From assembly GCA_030390025.1 (NCBI GenBank), contig CM059432.1, forward strand, positions 81,098,001-81,162,000: DNA of 64,000 nt, read 5' to 3'. This document shows, one piece after another, positions 60,136-64,000 of this stretch; within the stretch, counting starts at the first letter, position 1; the number at the start of each line of letters is the position of its first letter. The notes under the pieces are model-generated. The model had not been told where the DNA came from and made no database searches. It worked only from the letters and a program-made list of their open reading frames with translations. Source of the DNA: Squalus acanthias (lineage: Eukaryota). The position numbers were made by a program, and so were the translations under genes.

Positions 60136-62494
60136 TGGAACTAGAGGGGAAAAAGAATGGCACTGAATATGGGCAATGGATGGGAATGAAGAAAGTAGAT
60201 GGTAATGAAAGGAGAAATTAAGGGAAGAGGGAAGCAACACTTTCAGGTGGGGAAGGAAGGAGAATGCTAGATTAAAAGGGGAGTGGGTAGATAGTGTTGG
60301 TATTAATGGAAGGGGGAAAGAGTGGCAGCATAATCTCGGGGGTGGGGGGTGCGGTGGTAGTAATAGTGTTGACATGAACTGAAGGGTGGAAAGGAGCATC
60401 AGCACGAACTGGGGGGAGGTGGAAATGAGTGCCGTCTTGAACAGAGAGTAGGCAGGAAGAGTGCCAGCTTGAATTAGGAGGGCATGGAAGTTGAGTACCA
60501 GTCTGAAATGGGAGGGTGGAAGAGGAGAGGGAATGGGGAGTTGGATGAGGTACAGTGCCTCAGTGAACTGGGTTTGGAGAGGGTAGAACATCTCTTTGAA
60601 CTGGGCGTAGGTGAGACTTTGTGCGAGTATGACTCGATAACTTTAGGGTGCGCAATGGTTTAGTTGGTCTGTTGAAAATCTAAATGCATCTTTGTTTTTC
60701 TTTTTTTAGATTCGAAATCTATTCATTGTGAAATAAAAAACATGCTTATAATGAATCAGAATGCATTATTTTTAACATAAAAAAATCAAAATTTTCCAGC
60801 AAAATGTTTTGCAGACCCACCTAGAAATACATCACAAACTTGTGCCTTCAGCATTTGTTGTCCCACTTTAGGCTTTCATGTTCTTCTGCTGTTTTTTCAA
60901 TACAAGTAAAGGAATAATATGCCTATCTACAACTTAATGACAGAGCTTGTGTAACTACTTGTTTTTACACGTCTAGGCCTTAAAATCAGGGCCATTCTTG
61001 TGGTTATAAATACAAGTTGTTGTTGTTGTTATTATTTCAGCTTCTTTGAAGTTGTTGGTCATCTGTTAGTTTTCTAGCTTGGCATGTATGAACTTCTTTG
61101 ATCTCCTGTGTAGTGATGCGCGCATAGAACCATCCTGCAGCTGTTTCTTACACTGGTGAGGGGCAGAAATGTTTATTTTCTGGGGCCATGTCTTTTTTTT
61201 CTGGGGTACAGTTTTTCCTAATGAGCAGAAAAATCTAGACCTAATACCTCCAAAAACACACCATCAACTGTGTACTACTGCACACTCTGCCGGCGGTTAT
61301 GTGTATCAGTAGCAATGGCTGCAGATTATCTGTCAGGCCCCACTGAAATTAATGGCGCTGCTCTGGGGTGCAAGCTCCATAGGACAGCAGTCACTGCAGC
61401 AGGCATAGAGACAAGAAATTCCTCGGCAGAAATGATAGACTCAGTGGGCAAAAGCAAAGTTATTGTGATAAGGGCAATAGATATATTGTACTGCACTGAA
61501 GTAATTTTGTGGGGCGCCACTGACGGTGTTGAGCTTCGCTACTGACGAGCATAGATAGTAAAATGGGGGCATGGTGTTTCATCCTTATCTCAAACCATGC
61601 TCCTGGTCACAGCAGAGCCTCGCAAAATTACCCCATATATATTGTTCAGATAGAGATGGGTAAGGACCACTTTAAACAGAAAGTACTTCCCTAGGTTTTA
61701 GTTCCCGTTTTTAAAAACAACACCAATTCTGACAGTTGCTCCCAGCTATTCTACATACTAAGACAGCAGAATATAAGATGGTTTTCCAGACTTATCTCCA
61801 ATCCATTCTCTTTTCTTTTCTCATTTTTTAAATTCAGGCTTAATATAGACAAATTTAAGAATAACTGTGTTTCAGCTGATTTTTTAAAAATGCCAATGAC
61901 TGGATCTATTGCTATTTAGTTTCCCTTGAAGAATACATCCCCTGCAGCCATATATGAACACCATTCCAAGGTTGTCTGAAAATTTCAGCAAATCATATTC
62001 TAGTCCAAGGATATAATTTTTAAAAAATATTTGCAAAATGTGTTTCAAATAAAGATAAACAGTTTGGATTTGGGAACCAAGTACTCTGATCTGGCTGCTT
62101 TGATCTAAAAATAGTATTGCTTCCTATTTTGAAAGCCATAAGATAAGCTCAAAGCATGCAACTCAGAGGACTTGCTCCTTGTAAAGGGCACCTTGTATTA
62201 CAATTGTTTAGCTTTGCTGCAAAAAATAGAAGAAATCTACAGCAGAAAATTGCACGGTTATACTGGATAATAAGAGCTATAAGCAGCCTGCTTGTTTGAG
62301 TATGTAACCAAATTCTCCACAATAATTTTCAATACTTTTCTCAGATGCACACTTTAGTGCACCTCTCATAATTTTTGTCAGTGTTTGTTACTCCTCCTTC
62401 CCCCTTATTGGGATGCTTTGTTAAAGGTGGTATGTAAGTTGCTGTATTTAATAGAATTGAAATGTACCACAAAATGGAGATATAATTTCTTCAG

Positions 62495-64000
62495 GATATT
62501 AGCTCTGATGATGTGGAATCTGTATGGGTAGAGCTGAGAAATACCAAGGAGCAGAAAATGTTAGTGGGAGTTGTATATAGACCCCCCAAACAGTAATGCT
62601 GAGGTTGGGGATGGCATTAAACGGGAAATTAGAGACGCGTGCAATAAGGGCACAGCAGTTATCATGGGTGACTTTAATCTACATATAGATTGGGCTAACC
62701 AAATTAGTAACAATACTGCGGAGGAGGAATTCCTAGAGTGTATACGGGATGGTTTCCTGGACCAATATGTCGAGGAACCAACTAGAGATCAGGCCATCTT
62801 AGACTGGGTATTATGTAATGAGAAAGGATTAATTAGCAATCTTGTTGTGCGAGGCCCCTTGGGGAGGAGCGATCATAATATGATAGAATTCTTCATTAAG
62901 ATGGAGAGTGAAGTAGTTGACTCAGAGACTAGGGTCCTGAATTTAAATAAAGGAAACTATGATGGTATGAGGCGCGAGTTGACTAGGATGGATTGGGGAG
63001 CGTTACTTAAAGGGTTGACAGTGGATAGGCAATGGCAAACATTTAAAGATCGCATGGATGAACTACAGAATTTGTTCATCCCTGTTTGGCATAAAAATAA
63101 AACAAAAAAGGTGACTCAACCGTGGCTAACAAGGGAAATTAGGGATAGCATAAGATCCAAGGAGAGGATATATAAATTGGCCAGAAAAAGCAGCAAACCT
63201 GAGGATTGGGAGCAGTTTAGGATTCAGCAAAGGAGGACAAAGGGATTAATTAAGAGGGGGAAAATAGAGTGAGAGAGTAAGCTTTCAGGGAACATAAAAA
63301 CTGACTGTAAAAGCTTCTATAGATATGTGAAGAGAAAAAGATTGGTGAAGTCAAGCGTAGGTCCCTTGCAGTCAGAATCAGGGGAATTTATAATGGGGAA
63401 CAAAGAAATGGCTGACGAATTAAATACATACTTTGGTTCTGTCTTCACAAAGGAGGACACAAATAAACTCCCAGAGATGTCGGGGAACATAGGGTCTAAT
63501 GAGAGGGAGGCATTGAATGAAATCAGTATTTGTAGGGAAATGGTGTTCGGGAAATTGACGGGATTGAAGGCCGATAAATCCCCAGGGCCTGATAATCTAC
63601 ATCCTAGGGTACTTAAGGAAGTGGGCCTAGAAATAGTAGATGCATTGCTGGTCATCTTCCAAAATTCTATAGACTCTGGAACAGTTCCCATGGATTGGAG
63701 GGTAGCTAATGTAACCCCACTATTTAAAAAAGGTGGTGGAGAAAAAACGGGGAATTATACGAATTATAAGCCTGACATCGGTAGTGGGCAAAATGCTAGA
63801 GTCCATCATAAAAGATGTAATAGCAGAGCACTTGGAAAACAGTGACAGGATCGGACAAAGTCAACATGGATTTACAAAAGGGAAATCATGCCTGACTAAT
63901 CTACTGGAATTTTTTGAGGATATAACTGGTACAATAGATAAGGGAGAAACAGTGGATGTGGTGTATTTGGACTTTCAGAAGGCTTTCGATAAGGTCCCGC
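62495..64000 (+). mobile_element. CR1 LINE (EN, linker and start of RT), continues beyond window
   Basis: ESVWVEL, IMGDFN, LGRSDHNMI, KSPGPD, QHGFTKGKSCLTNL, YLDFQKAFDKV. Confidence 0.95.

Noticed and set aside
59830..60591. 253-aa minus-strand ORF
   Set aside because: Low-complexity purine-rich tract plus the 42-bp repeat; no recognisable domain

Overview
Eukaryotic, repeat-dense intronic DNA, most likely from a cartilaginous fish (shark-type CR1, L2, DeuSINE/SacSINE1-like, Penelope and Harbinger families; the taxon is inferred). The only host-gene sequence I can support is two phase-compatible + strand exons (46120-46277, 53167-53333) matching my recollection of vertebrate C8orf34. The rest is decayed and nested mobile DNA: a two-gene Harbinger transposon with many 3-bp-TSD non-autonomous relatives, about ten CR1 fragments, L2, RTE, a truncated Gypsy, small hAT-like elements, Penelope remnants (one with an intact minimal hammerhead ribozyme), minisatellites and old foldback hairpins. 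The most unusual signal is a LINE family present in three copies. Its most complete copy (3654-7790) begins with a tRNA-derived Pol III head (A and B boxes) and a Deu-domain body that runs directly into an endonuclease+RT ORF with no ORF1. By manual scan its sense strand has no TTTT Pol III terminator in any copy, unlike neighbouring LINEs. This suggests a Pol III-transcribed, protein-coding SINE-LINE hybrid. All family names come from motif recognition, not database searches, and boundaries of old elements are approximate.
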